A DNA stretch of 64,000 bases, from NCBI GenBank assembly GCA_043803765.1, contig JAZDJQ010000018.1, forward strand, positions 95,795 to 159,794, read 5' to 3'. Under the pieces are notes generated by a model, which did no database searches, had not been told where the DNA came from, and worked only from the letters and a program-made list of their open reading frames with translations. Within the stretch, counting starts at the first letter, position 1, and every line of letters begins with the position of its first letter. Made by a program: the position numbers and the translations under genes. The stretch is from Candidatus Iainarchaeum sp. (GTDB lineage Archaea > Iainarchaeota > Iainarchaeia > Iainarchaeales > VGJJ01). Shown here piece by piece: positions 48,886-58,854 of this stretch.

Positions 48886-49398
48886 CTATTTTTTTGGTTT
48901 TCCAAAAAATCCTTTTTGACGCAGCACTTCATGAATGACGATTGGGAGTATCGTTCGAAGCGTATAGAATCGCGTCTGATTCAGCATAGGAACGTTAACT
49001 ATTTTCTCCATCACGGCCATTTTTTCTTTGCTGAGACCGCCCACTTCTGTCCCAAATACAATGAGTTGATTTCCTTTAGCAAAATTAGTATGAAATAATG
49101 ATTCCCCAAAATGAGGGGATGTTCCGATAATGGTGTATCCGATTGATTTTAAGTATTTGATTCGATCAAAAAAATTATGCTCATAGTGAACATTGCTAAC
49201 GGAAGGATTTTTTCTAAATCCGGGTTTCCACGCATCGATTTGTCTCAAAACTTTTGGATGAGTGTGAGAAATGGAATTTCCCGTAACGTCTACTTCACGA
49301 TTAGTTGCGATCGCCAAATGAATAATCTCCGCCATGTCTCTCGGATCCTTAATCGTATCAACAAGGATGCGCGCATCGTTGGTCTTTTTGGTTTTCAT
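48886..49398 (-). CDS. SPOUT (SpoU/TrmH-like) RNA methyltransferase
   Basis: IVFGTEVGGLS...VNVPM. Confidence 0.75.
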   Translation of the reverse strand: MKTKKTNDARILVDTIKDPRDMAEIIHLAIATNREVDVTGNSISHTHPKVLRQIDAWKPGFRKNPSVSNVHYEHNFFDRIKYLKSIGYTIIGTSPHFGESLFHTNFAKGNQLIVFGTEVGGLSKEKMAVMEKIVNVPMLNQTRFYTLRTILPIVIHEVLRQKGFFGKPKK

Positions 49399-49420
49399 GC
49401 TTTACTTCCTTTAGATGAAT

Positions 49421-49550
49421 TAGAATTCAATCCCCTTCCGCGCATATATCTTCTTCACGCCCGCAACCCCGGGCGGCGTGGAAGTTAGGGCTGTCAAGAC
49501 AGCCCAGACAAACTAGAATTCAATCCCCTTCCGCGCATATATCTTCTTCA
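49421..49550 (-). repeat. 37-bp perfect direct repeat of the cobO 3' end flanking a 56-bp palindromic insert
   Basis: TAGAATTCAATCCCCTTCCGCGCATATATCTTCTTCA at 49421-49457 and 49514-49550. Confidence 0.95.
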
Positions 49551-50115
49551 TGTAGGGGTGCCGTTTCAAATCCATCAATGTGATGTAATCCGCCTCGTTG
49601 AGAACTTCCTGCGGGGCATTCCTTCCCGTAATAATCATTTCCATGAAAGGGGGTTTTTCCTTCATAAGGGAAAGCACTTCTTCTAAAGGAACGAGTTTCA
49701 TGTTCAGCGCTACATTCAATTCGTCAAAAATAACCATGTCGTATTTTCCCGATAATACTGCATCTTTCCCTTTTGCAAACGCTTTGACTGCCATAAGCGC
49801 ATCATATTGCGTTGGAATAAAACAATCACGGCAATATCCCTTGAATGTTCCCGCAGCTATTTCGGCATCGTGCAAGGATTGGTTTTTACACTCCACATTA
49901 TAGCTTTCAAAACCCATTGGAAGACCGAATTTCTGCAACGCGAGCAATTCTCCCGTGTATCCTATCTTCATGAACTGCACCATATACACGTTTAATCCGT
50001 GTCCCATGGCACGCAGGGCAAGGCCTAATGATGCAGTGGTTTTCCCTTTACCATCCCCGGTGTAAACGTGAATGAGGCCACGCTCCAATTTTCCAGAAAA
50101 TGATTTTTCGACCAT
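49513..50115 (-). CDS. cobO: Cob(I)alamin adenosyltransferase (CobO/BtuR type)
   Basis: VYTGDGKGKTT, VQFMK, DEL, ITGR, KRHPY...ARKGIEF. Confidence 0.93.
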   Translation of the reverse strand: MVEKSFSGKLERGLIHVYTGDGKGKTTASLGLALRAMGHGLNVYMVQFMKIGYTGELLALQKFGLPMGFESYNVECKNQSLHDAEIAAGTFKGYCRDCFIPTQYDALMAVKAFAKGKDAVLSGKYDMVIFDELNVALNMKLVPLEEVLSLMKEKPPFMEMIITGRNAPQEVLNEADYITLMDLKRHPYMKKIYARKGIEF

Positions 50116-50150
50116 CTAATGAATTAGGAAGAACGAGTAGAAAAAGATGC

Positions 50151-53100
50151 TTATTCCCACTTGCGAATATTGCTTGCTGCACAATAATTGGGAATAGAGC
50201 CTGCGCTACCACAAGAGGCCCATGTGGAGCCACCCACAATGGTGCATTGAGTAGGAACATATCGATACATGACTGCCGGATCCAATGGATCACCCCACGA
50301 GGAAGGAACAGGAGCACCATACCCTCCGGTAACAAGTTGAAGCTGTGTACCGGAAGGATAGGGAATTCCATACTCATTATAGTAGCCTGTTAATGGATAG
50401 TAGGAGAAGAGCGGACACAACAGGTTAACCAACGGCTTTGAACCGGTAATGGGGGAACCTGCTTCCTCTTTGAGCGTGAGAACATCCGATGTTCCAAGGG
50501 GGTTGCCTGTAGCTACGCAATTGTTTCCAGCGATCGAACCATACGAAAAGTATTGCGCTTTCAAATCATCTTTGAGTTTAGTATGATTCCAATACAACTT
50601 GGTTGCACCATCCTTGGTTGAAATGCACGTGTCGCCGGATCCGATAAGGTCAAGTATGCCAAGCAAGCTGGACTTTGCTGTAAAGAGCGTCTCTCTTGCA
50701 CTTGCGTTGACTAATTCCCCTGTCAGAGAAGAGGTAGCATTCGACACAACAATAGTGGGAAGCAAAAATGTTCCGGTGGGCTTGCTTGGACTCGTGTTGC
50801 ACGCCATGTTAAGCGAATAGGACTTGGTTGGAACACGGTAGAATACCGTGGAAAGATATGATTTGTTTTGTGTCCCTCCGCTTGAAGTGAAACCGAATGA
50901 ACTAGTAGTGGTAAAAGGTGTTTTGGGTGAACAAACGCCACTTCCTGCAGGATTCTGGTCTCCTAACGTGCTACTCGTGAATTCGTTGGAACCTGCATCC
51001 AAACAAATGGAGCAATTATTGGCAACACACCCATAGGTATCTTCGCTTTGCTCCGATGCAATAGGAGTCCAAACTGCAAGAGCGGAAGAAGTAGTTGGAA
51101 AATTCACCGGCACCGGATTCGTACCGGGCGTGCTCTCTAAAATCCCATAGAACGCATCTCCAACCCCTGCCTGATTGGAAGACCACTCTACTACTGCAGG
51201 AGTTGGAATGGAAGGACGGTAATCAAAAGAGTGGGATACCGGATTGATATCCACTACGACACCACGGTTAGCAGTATTGAGCTGTGTGAAAGAGGGAACC
51301 GCATTGAGTGTCCACAAATGAAGCGGTGTTGTGCCTGCAAAAGGAGGATACGTTCGAAGAGGGTAGGAAGGAGTCTTCACCAAATCAAGCAAGGGGCCTG
51401 AAAATGCACTGCCATATCCATTCCGGTGGAAGTTTTGATTATTCTCATCATACCCAATTAACCCATCCAGTGGGAAATCATAGAACGCCGAATAATCGAC
51501 TACACTTTGTGCATCGGCTAATGGAGTCAATGTCACATGAACAATGGCGGAAGGAGAACCGGCAACGAAGAAAGTGCCTTCTCCTGCCCCCCATTCTGTT
51601 GAGAGCACGACGCGGTATAATCCAGAATAGGGAAGAGTAGAAGTTCCACCTGCTACTCCGGTAATATTGAAATCCAAATTATCGTTTGCTGGATTAATGT
51701 AATCCTTCCACACTCCTCCTTCATCACTCTTAAAATAATCAAACGCATCCGCAAAACTGCTGTTCACAAAGAACGATACAAAGTCATTACGGAAACTAGT
51801 ATTGAATGCATCTTTCATAAGATAGGCATCAAACGTCTCAAGGGAAGGGATTTCTGCGAACTCGGACGGGGTCGCAATGCTTGAATACGCTTTCTTCAAC
51901 TTTTCAAGCTTCTTCACCAGTGCAATCGTAAACTGTGTCGCATCACAAAAATGATAATTCCCTTCCCCTAATGAGGACTCCTGGCACAAATCATGTGGAA
52001 CATTCGCCCACTTCCAATCAAATGCAATTTTCGGAATCGTATCCGCTCCCGTAAAACCAATGTCGTTGCTCTCACTCTTGCACACATTCGCAGGATGCGC
52101 GGTAAGCTTGACTACAAACTTTGTTTCCTGTACATCAAATATTGTTTGTGCAATACGCTGTGCGACACGATTATTGGCAGCATGATAATAATCGGCAGGA
52201 TTGTTAACCGAAGCAGAAGAACCGTATGGCTGATTGGGCGTAGGAACATATTCGGAATAACTCAATGCTTCGACAAACCCGTTTGTTTGGGAGGAAAACA
52301 ACTCCATCATTTCAACTGCATCATTTTTTGATGTATTCCCATATGCTCCGGTTGAGGTCGACTCAAGGGGAGTATTGTATAATACTATTCCCTTCACTCC
52401 ATTGGATTGCATGGAGGAAATAGCCTCATTCACTAATGCCACTTCTTGGGAACCCTTCCAATAATCATTATTTGCCTGGGGCCCTGTTCCATACGGCTTG
52501 TTATCCGTGATGATGATTAACAACCGATAAGGCTTCGTCCAAAAGGAATCATTCACCACTTGCTTTACCCCATTCGCCCAACTCTCATTCACATCATCCA
52601 ATAAAGAATCAAAACCTGCTATCGAAACAGGATTGGAAACAAACTTTGGAGAAAGGGAATTACATGGAACATCTTTTCCAGTAGGAGAAGAAGAAGGAGT
52701 TTTCATTCCGGGAGGAACATTCAAAAAGAATAATTGACGATTAACCTGTGCATTACTGAAATAAGCAATATCATCCGTCATGTTCTCGATAAGGGAACAA
52801 AGACCATTCTTCGGTTCCTTAGTAAGGGGATAGGTTGCCCCATCCGGTTCATCAAACAGATCCCCTACTATTGATGCCGACGCATCCACGAGTATTCCAA
52901 CATCCACTTGAGGGGTTGTTCCGGGAATTAACCCATAATCCTTTAGCGTGAGAACCCCATAATTCTCCCCATCCAGTCCCACACTTTCTATCATCAACGT
53001 TTGGGCAAGAGTGGGCTGATCGAAACCCATGTATTGCGCATACACCTCGCTTCCCACTCCAAACAAACGAACGCTTGGATTGTCCGAAGTATAATTCGCA

Positions 53101-56100
53101 TAGGCCTTCTGCAAATAATCCACTCCATTCTCATTCAGAAGGATTTCCCGTGCAGTGCCAACCAATGCCCCGATAGTAGCGGGAGCAGAATGATGAAGAG
53201 CCGGTGTCACAAGACCTTGAACATCATCACCAAACAATGAAACAGGCCCATTCGTTACTACGTCATTAACATAGGGCAATCCTGCCTCAGCTGAAATAGT
53301 AAAGCCTATTCCTTGGTCGTCACTAAGCTTTTTGAAATCACTCAAAGAACCGGTTGCCTTATATCGGTAATAGATTTCAATCCAATAATTATTGTTATCG
53401 CTGTCAAAAAAATAGAACTGTACGGCATTCGCTCCAGGATGAAAGTACACATTGTTGAAACACCCATTTGTTGTACCAATTTTTTCTCCATTAACACGAA
53501 TCATTTTGAGATTAATATCAAACGCGTTGGTGCATAATCTATTCAATACAAGTGGTTCTTCAGTAATAAGAGTGGTTTCAAACAACAAGCCCTTTGGACC
53601 CTTATTATAATGAGGAGGATTATCATTCACCATATCCTTATTTTCAATAACAGGATAGTTCTGATCCGACTTGGAGGAAGCATCCGGAATAATAATCTCA
53701 CTTGCCCCAACGAAACCTGATTTATCCTTGAATTTGGACCCATCCTCACTGGTTGCCGGAACATAGTAGCGCTTCCATGTTCCATGCGCAACGATTGGAC
53801 TATGCGCATAGTCAGAAAACAAAGGAATACCCGAAAGAGAACTATCTTCGACAGGAGCGGTAGGCTCGTAATCCAGTGTCACATTCCATTTGAATGAAAG
53901 AGGAGAACCCGGACTCTTCATCTCAGGAGTTGAAAGAGGAGAAACGGCATGCGTGTAGGCATCACCAACAGGAAGCGACACACTCGGATAGAAAGAATGA
54001 TGCACTCCCGGGTTGCACGTGTTATTAATGAAAGCAAAATCACTCCCATTCGTAAGATCAAACCCATATTTGGAAATGGACAGGCAGGGATTGCTTCCCG
54101 TTAGAGGATTTACAAGCACATCAATGTTTTGAATAAACACATAATTCGCTTCGCTTGCGTATTTTGCCTTAAAGTAGAGAGGATACATTCCCACATAGGA
54201 AGGAGAACTAATGGTAATGGATGCACTTCCATTCTTTGGAACAATGATTGGATTACTCTGCGTGACGCCAATCCCATTAAACTTTGTTGCAAGAACAATA
54301 GGATTCCCATCCCCATCTGACACTCCATACGTATACAAGTGTACGTCCTCTGGACAGTTCGTCCCCGTGAGCGTCAGAGAACCAACACCCCCTTGTTGCA
54401 TGGTAACACTTTCCGAAGAAAAACCAATACACGAAAAAGTTGTTGCAAGAGTAACCGCCACATCACCCGTCACCGGAATAATATGCACCCCGGTGATATA
54501 GCCGGACGCAGCAGCCGTAATCTCAAGGGACTGTCCATTGGAAAGAGCATCCACCGACCCAATGAACATTCCGGATGAAGACTGGGTAAAAAGGAAAGGA
54601 TTCCCAACGGGTATTCCAGAAGAATCGAGAATCTGCCCCACCACCAATAAGGATGAAATAGTTCCCTGCGTGGCAATATCGCCCACATTATCTTTCACTA
54701 CTACTTGCACCGCCTGTTCTTCTCCCGAAATAAGGAATGAGGGAGAAGCGTGAATGAATAATTCCTTTTCAGGATACGTATAGAACTGCAACGATTGGGT
54801 AGTAGGCTGCTTCCCCGTACCAACATTCTGCAAGGTTGTAGTGAGAGTAGCACAATAACCTGAACTGCTACTGCAAGGAACGGTTGACTTAATCGTGACA
54901 CTTCCACCAACGGACTTGTTATTACTAAAACCGGGAAGAGAAGCCATGCTGGGAACCACTGAAAACGTGCCAGTGGAAGAAGAAACAAAATTCATGGTAG
55001 CGGAAGGAAAATCCTGTCCCGAAACATTCACAACAAGATATTCCAATACATAGCTCTTGTTCGCTTCCATTTTAGCAGGAGTGCCGGGACTCATCTGCTT
55101 CTTTTCTCCACTCCCTTGAAGAGTGAGGAAGAACAAATAAACAAAATCCTCCTGTGCCGGAAGGGGCTGACCAATCGTATAACTCTCTTCGTACAGAGGA
55201 GAAGTCTCGCTTTCGCTTTTGGCGCGAAAATTAATGAACAGCTTATCCGTGTTGGGAATAGCAGACGAATTGATCTTCACGAGAACAACAACCTCATACC
55301 CTCCTGCGCCCACATCCCCTGCCGCATTAAGAAGGATTTTTGCCGGAACACCCGAGTTCACTGCATTTTGAGGAGAAAACTCATCCGATGGATTATACTT
55401 AGTATAGAATGAAACACCCCCCTTTGCAGCATTCCCTCCGAGAACACTCCCAATGCTAGTAGATAGTTGTTCAAGCACGGCCCCATTGAGACGAACCGCA
55501 CTTGTCAAACCCGATTGACTCGTGGGCGTTTTAACCGCAAAATGAAAAGAGTATGTTTCACCCGGAGAAAGAGATTGAGCATACGATTGCGCACCGGACG
55601 AAGCAATATGATAAATACTCACCAAGCTCATCCCCAAAACAGGAGACGCGGAAGTGAGGCTGACTTCTAATGTAATTTTGTGCGTGTTATCTTTAAGGAT
55701 TTCAAATGGAACGGAAGAAAAAGGAAGATAGGATGGTTTCTCTACTTTTACGTACACATTATGCCCGGTTTCCACTCCTAATGATGCTACCCCTTTGGCA
55801 TTGGTAACTCCCTGAGCGAGAACCACCCCATTCGATACTTTGATCACGGAAACATTCGCATCCGAAACAAGCTGATTCTGCTCCGTCTTTACTGTTACTT
55901 CAACCAACGCTGAACCAATCTCCAACGGAACTTGAAGCACAATAATTTGATTCGTATTCCCACTCACAATTGCACTCGTACCATCCGCATCACTCGTAGA
56001 AGCAGCTGCTTGGTATGTTCCAGCGGGAAGATTCTCAAAACGAGCAATACCGCTCGAATTTGTTTTCTTGTTAACGAATGTAATCCCATTCACATCCGGA

Positions 56101-57548
56101 GTGGAAAGTTCAACCGTTGCACCTAACACAGGAAAACCAATCTCATCCAACACTTTTACATCGGCAATCACAGCATTAGGAATAGCACCACTGCTTCCTT
56201 TTGCTTGAATCGGTTCAAGCAATATGGGAATAGGCGCTGCCGCATCACTCGAAACAATACCGCTCAGGGGGATAAACTGTGTAACAAAATTAGCATGCTG
56301 TACGACAACAGTATAAGAAGAATTGAAATCCCCAGCAGGAGTATCCACTACCCCATTTTTATCCGTAGTATATGTTCCATCCTCCAAATAAACACCCGAG
56401 ACAGACTGAATATACAGCCCTACTTTTGCCCCCAAAATAGAAAGCTGGTTGGACTCATTCAAAATCTTCACCCACAATTTCTTTTGAGTCGAACTTTTGA
56501 ATAAAGAAAGAGTAATCGTATTCGTTTCCCCGGCATTCACTTGAAACTCGGAGCTTGTAATTTGTTTATATCCAATTATGGATGCTATCACCACATATTT
56601 TCCGGGTGTCACTTGCTCAAAAAGAGAAAAACCCGATGCACCGGACAAAGACTGCTTCACCAACACATTACTACCGGAAGAGGAAACCTTGTACAATTTG
56701 ATTTGAACACCCGATAACGATTGCCCGCCATCCTTTTTCACCAACACTTCCACTATTCCAGTATCGGGATTGGCATCAGGCGGGTCATCATCATCCAAGT
56801 CAGCGGAAGACTGCAACTGAATCGCAGTCGTATCACCCAAAATCACTTGAGTCTTAGTGATAAAACCAGCCGATGAAACCGTGACACTCAACCCAATACA
56901 ACTAGGAGACTGTTGAATCGTAACATTCCCATTCGATACCGTTTGGGAAAGAGGAGCCTTTCCAGACTGACATGAAAAAGAAAGAGAAATAGACGCAGGA
57001 GAACTCAGGCCCAAAATAGTGCCGCTCGCATCCTGAATAAGCAATGTGCGCGTTTTCATGGGTACGATCTTGGGTTGGAGTGAAAAAATCTGGGAATTGG
57101 ACTCAGAAAAAGAAATATCCTGGGTAAATAATTCAAATGCATCATCCGCGACCTGCACGATATAATTGCCTGGTGGAACTGAAAACGTCACTTTCCCAGC
57201 AGAACTCGTTTCTTTAGTAAGAGGAAAAACAATTCCATTCACCTCATCACGCACATCATCCACTGGAAGCATCAGCAAAACATCTACCCCGCTCACCGGA
57301 TTCCCATCCGCATCATTAAACGTAAGGGAAAGGGAAACATTCTCTTGCCCAACAAACAAACCACCCAACAGGATGGAAAAAATGCCCAACATGAGAAGGA
57401 AAAAAACACTCAATATGACGGCAAAACTTGGAATTATTTTATCAACGGGATCCACTACATTATAGATTGGAATTTTCCTCTGAATGGCATCGAGGAAAGC
57501 ATAATATTTATCCTCTAATGAAAAATAAAGGCCTTTCAGGGAACCCAT
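50151..57548 (-). CDS. Giant (~2465 aa) membrane-anchored surface protein with repeated beta-sandwich domains and a vWA-like domain
   Basis: N-terminal TM; repeated G.PV.G..V...T...G...F..L.PG.Y units; MIDAS-like VDASAS...IIITD. Confidence 0.85.
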   Translation of the reverse strand: MGSLKGLYFSLEDKYYAFLDAIQRKIPIYNVVDPVDKIIPSFAVILSVFFLLMLGIFSILLGGLFVGQENVSLSLTFNDADGNPVSGVDVLLMLPVDDVRDEVNGIVFPLTKETSSAGKVTFSVPPGNYIVQVADDAFELFTQDISFSESNSQIFSLQPKIVPMKTRTLLIQDASGTILGLSSPASISLSFSCQSGKAPLSQTVSNGNVTIQQSPSCIGLSVTVSSAGFITKTQVILGDTTAIQLQSSADLDDDDPPDANPDTGIVEVLVKKDGGQSLSGVQIKLYKVSSSGSNVLVKQSLSGASGFSLFEQVTPGKYVVIASIIGYKQITSSEFQVNAGETNTITLSLFKSSTQKKLWVKILNESNQLSILGAKVGLYIQSVSGVYLEDGTYTTDKNGVVDTPAGDFNSSYTVVVQHANFVTQFIPLSGIVSSDAAAPIPILLEPIQAKGSSGAIPNAVIADVKVLDEIGFPVLGATVELSTPDVNGITFVNKKTNSSGIARFENLPAGTYQAAASTSDADGTSAIVSGNTNQIIVLQVPLEIGSALVEVTVKTEQNQLVSDANVSVIKVSNGVVLAQGVTNAKGVASLGVETGHNVYVKVEKPSYLPFSSVPFEILKDNTHKITLEVSLTSASPVLGMSLVSIYHIASSGAQSYAQSLSPGETYSFHFAVKTPTSQSGLTSAVRLNGAVLEQLSTSIGSVLGGNAAKGGVSFYTKYNPSDEFSPQNAVNSGVPAKILLNAAGDVGAGGYEVVVLVKINSSAIPNTDKLFINFRAKSESETSPLYEESYTIGQPLPAQEDFVYLFFLTLQGSGEKKQMSPGTPAKMEANKSYVLEYLVVNVSGQDFPSATMNFVSSSTGTFSVVPSMASLPGFSNNKSVGGSVTIKSTVPCSSSSGYCATLTTTLQNVGTGKQPTTQSLQFYTYPEKELFIHASPSFLISGEEQAVQVVVKDNVGDIATQGTISSLLVVGQILDSSGIPVGNPFLFTQSSSGMFIGSVDALSNGQSLEITAAASGYITGVHIIPVTGDVAVTLATTFSCIGFSSESVTMQQGGVGSLTLTGTNCPEDVHLYTYGVSDGDGNPIVLATKFNGIGVTQSNPIIVPKNGSASITISSPSYVGMYPLYFKAKYASEANYVFIQNIDVLVNPLTGSNPCLSISKYGFDLTNGSDFAFINNTCNPGVHHSFYPSVSLPVGDAYTHAVSPLSTPEMKSPGSPLSFKWNVTLDYEPTAPVEDSSLSGIPLFSDYAHSPIVAHGTWKRYYVPATSEDGSKFKDKSGFVGASEIIIPDASSKSDQNYPVIENKDMVNDNPPHYNKGPKGLLFETTLITEEPLVLNRLCTNAFDINLKMIRVNGEKIGTTNGCFNNVYFHPGANAVQFYFFDSDNNNYWIEIYYRYKATGSLSDFKKLSDDQGIGFTISAEAGLPYVNDVVTNGPVSLFGDDVQGLVTPALHHSAPATIGALVGTAREILLNENGVDYLQKAYANYTSDNPSVRLFGVGSEVYAQYMGFDQPTLAQTLMIESVGLDGENYGVLTLKDYGLIPGTTPQVDVGILVDASASIVGDLFDEPDGATYPLTKEPKNGLCSLIENMTDDIAYFSNAQVNRQLFFLNVPPGMKTPSSSPTGKDVPCNSLSPKFVSNPVSIAGFDSLLDDVNESWANGVKQVVNDSFWTKPYRLLIIITDNKPYGTGPQANNDYWKGSQEVALVNEAISSMQSNGVKGIVLYNTPLESTSTGAYGNTSKNDAVEMMELFSSQTNGFVEALSYSEYVPTPNQPYGSSASVNNPADYYHAANNRVAQRIAQTIFDVQETKFVVKLTAHPANVCKSESNDIGFTGADTIPKIAFDWKWANVPHDLCQESSLGEGNYHFCDATQFTIALVKKLEKLKKAYSSIATPSEFAEIPSLETFDAYLMKDAFNTSFRNDFVSFFVNSSFADAFDYFKSDEGGVWKDYINPANDNLDFNITGVAGGTSTLPYSGLYRVVLSTEWGAGEGTFFVAGSPSAIVHVTLTPLADAQSVVDYSAFYDFPLDGLIGYDENNQNFHRNGYGSAFSGPLLDLVKTPSYPLRTYPPFAGTTPLHLWTLNAVPSFTQLNTANRGVVVDINPVSHSFDYRPSIPTPAVVEWSSNQAGVGDAFYGILESTPGTNPVPVNFPTTSSALAVWTPIASEQSEDTYGCVANNCSICLDAGSNEFTSSTLGDQNPAGSGVCSPKTPFTTTSSFGFTSSGGTQNKSYLSTVFYRVPTKSYSLNMACNTSPSKPTGTFLLPTIVVSNATSSLTGELVNASARETLFTAKSSLLGILDLIGSGDTCISTKDGATKLYWNHTKLKDDLKAQYFSYGSIAGNNCVATGNPLGTSDVLTLKEEAGSPITGSKPLVNLLCPLFSYYPLTGYYNEYGIPYPSGTQLQLVTGGYGAPVPSSWGDPLDPAVMYRYVPTQCTIVGGSTWASCGSAGSIPNYCAASNIRKWE

Positions 57549-57597
57549 TCCCTCATGCAACCCATCATGATTTATAAAACTGTTCTAAAAAGAACCG

Positions 57598-58596
57598 CTA
57601 ACATGAAGCAAGAGCCAATTGCCTGGCATCCCCAAGGGGGCGAGCCGGAATCTTCAATTCCCGCATAATAAACTGGGCAAGCTCCCGATCAAAACCATGA
57701 TGCGTAAAAACCTGCTTAGGAGAAGCCTCTTTCACATAGTGTACTAACTGGGCAAAATCCGCATGGTCGGAAAGAGCAAACGTCCGATCATAACTTTCCT
57801 TCCATACCCACCCCGTGCACTTAGCCGAAACAACTGGCTTGTTCGCAGAAACCGAAATAGCATGCAACACATGAGGAGAACACAACGACGGAGGAAGAAT
57901 AAGCAGTTCTGCATCCTTAAGATTATGATCAACCTTCACATATTCCCCCAAATGTATCCCATGCGCATCGTGCACTTCATTCTTCTCAAAAATCGTTTCA
58001 TGCACATAAGGAGTGGCATTCGAATACTCGTTAACTATTTTTGTAATCTCCTGCGCCTTCCCAACAGCATACCCTGCAAGAATAGGAAGCTGATGATGCT
58101 GCAACGCACGATTAATCCACTCACCCATTTCCGCATACACTTCCTCTCTTTTAGGAAAAACAAACCGCTCCAAACCAAAAGTGGACTCCATCACCAAAAC
58201 ATCACACGGAACAATTTCTGCACCATCCTGAACAATGGAATCCTGCAACTTGAAATCCGTCGTCACACACACCTTAACATTGCCTTCTGCTACTATCTGA
58301 CCGCTGCCCAAAATATGACCCGAATTAATTAAAGAAATTTTAGCATCCGGCGTATGCAGATGACGCTTGAATGGCATTTGCTCCGTACGCGCCTTAGGAG
58401 GAATTTTTGGAGAAATAAACGCACGAGTAGGAGAACTCATACAATACGGAAAAGGATTTGCCGAACCAATCGCCACATGATCCGAATGCGCATGCGACAC
58501 AATAACACGATCTGCAATAATACGCTTACGATGAGGATCAATGATGAGCTTTTCCTCTCCCTCAAGCACTACACCGTGAGAATCATACACATTCAT
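57598..58596 (-). CDS. MBL-fold/beta-CASP-like exonuclease
   Basis: SHAHSDH, SGHILGS, ESTFG, LSDHADF, THHG. Confidence 0.88.
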   Translation of the reverse strand: MNVYDSHGVVLEGEEKLIIDPHRKRIIADRVIVSHAHSDHVAIGSANPFPYCMSSPTRAFISPKIPPKARTEQMPFKRHLHTPDAKISLINSGHILGSGQIVAEGNVKVCVTTDFKLQDSIVQDGAEIVPCDVLVMESTFGLERFVFPKREEVYAEMGEWINRALQHHQLPILAGYAVGKAQEITKIVNEYSNATPYVHETIFEKNEVHDAHGIHLGEYVKVDHNLKDAELLILPPSLCSPHVLHAISVSANKPVVSAKCTGWVWKESYDRTFALSDHADFAQLVHYVKEASPKQVFTHHGFDRELAQFIMRELKIPARPLGDARQLALASC

Positions 58597-58675
58597 GGGA
58601 ATCCCACGCAACAAGACAACACCCAATAAAAACAAATGGGATGAACAACCGCCAAAAAAAAATTAGAAAAAAAAA

Positions 58676-58800
58676 CTTGAACGAGCCCCGCTTCCCGCAC
58701 CCACCACATAGAAAAGATTATTCGCACGGCCACCCACCTATCCTTCAGGCTGAGCGCCCTGCAAAGAAAACCACCCCCTGCACGGCATTCACGCCGATAG
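58676..58800 (-). ncRNA. Candidate structured RNA or attenuated 5' leader
   Basis: TATATA at 58827-58832, three GU-containing hairpins on the minus strand, T9 tract at 58667-58675. Confidence 0.35.
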
Positions 58801-58854
58801 ACGAAAGGAAAAGAAACCCTCACGCATATATAGAGGCAACCCATCCATTATTTC

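Noticed and set aside
49421-49550. 37-bp repeat pair as a mini CRISPR array
   Set aside because: Only two copies, the repeat is cobO coding sequence, the spacer is 56 bp and palindromic, and no cas genes are in the window.
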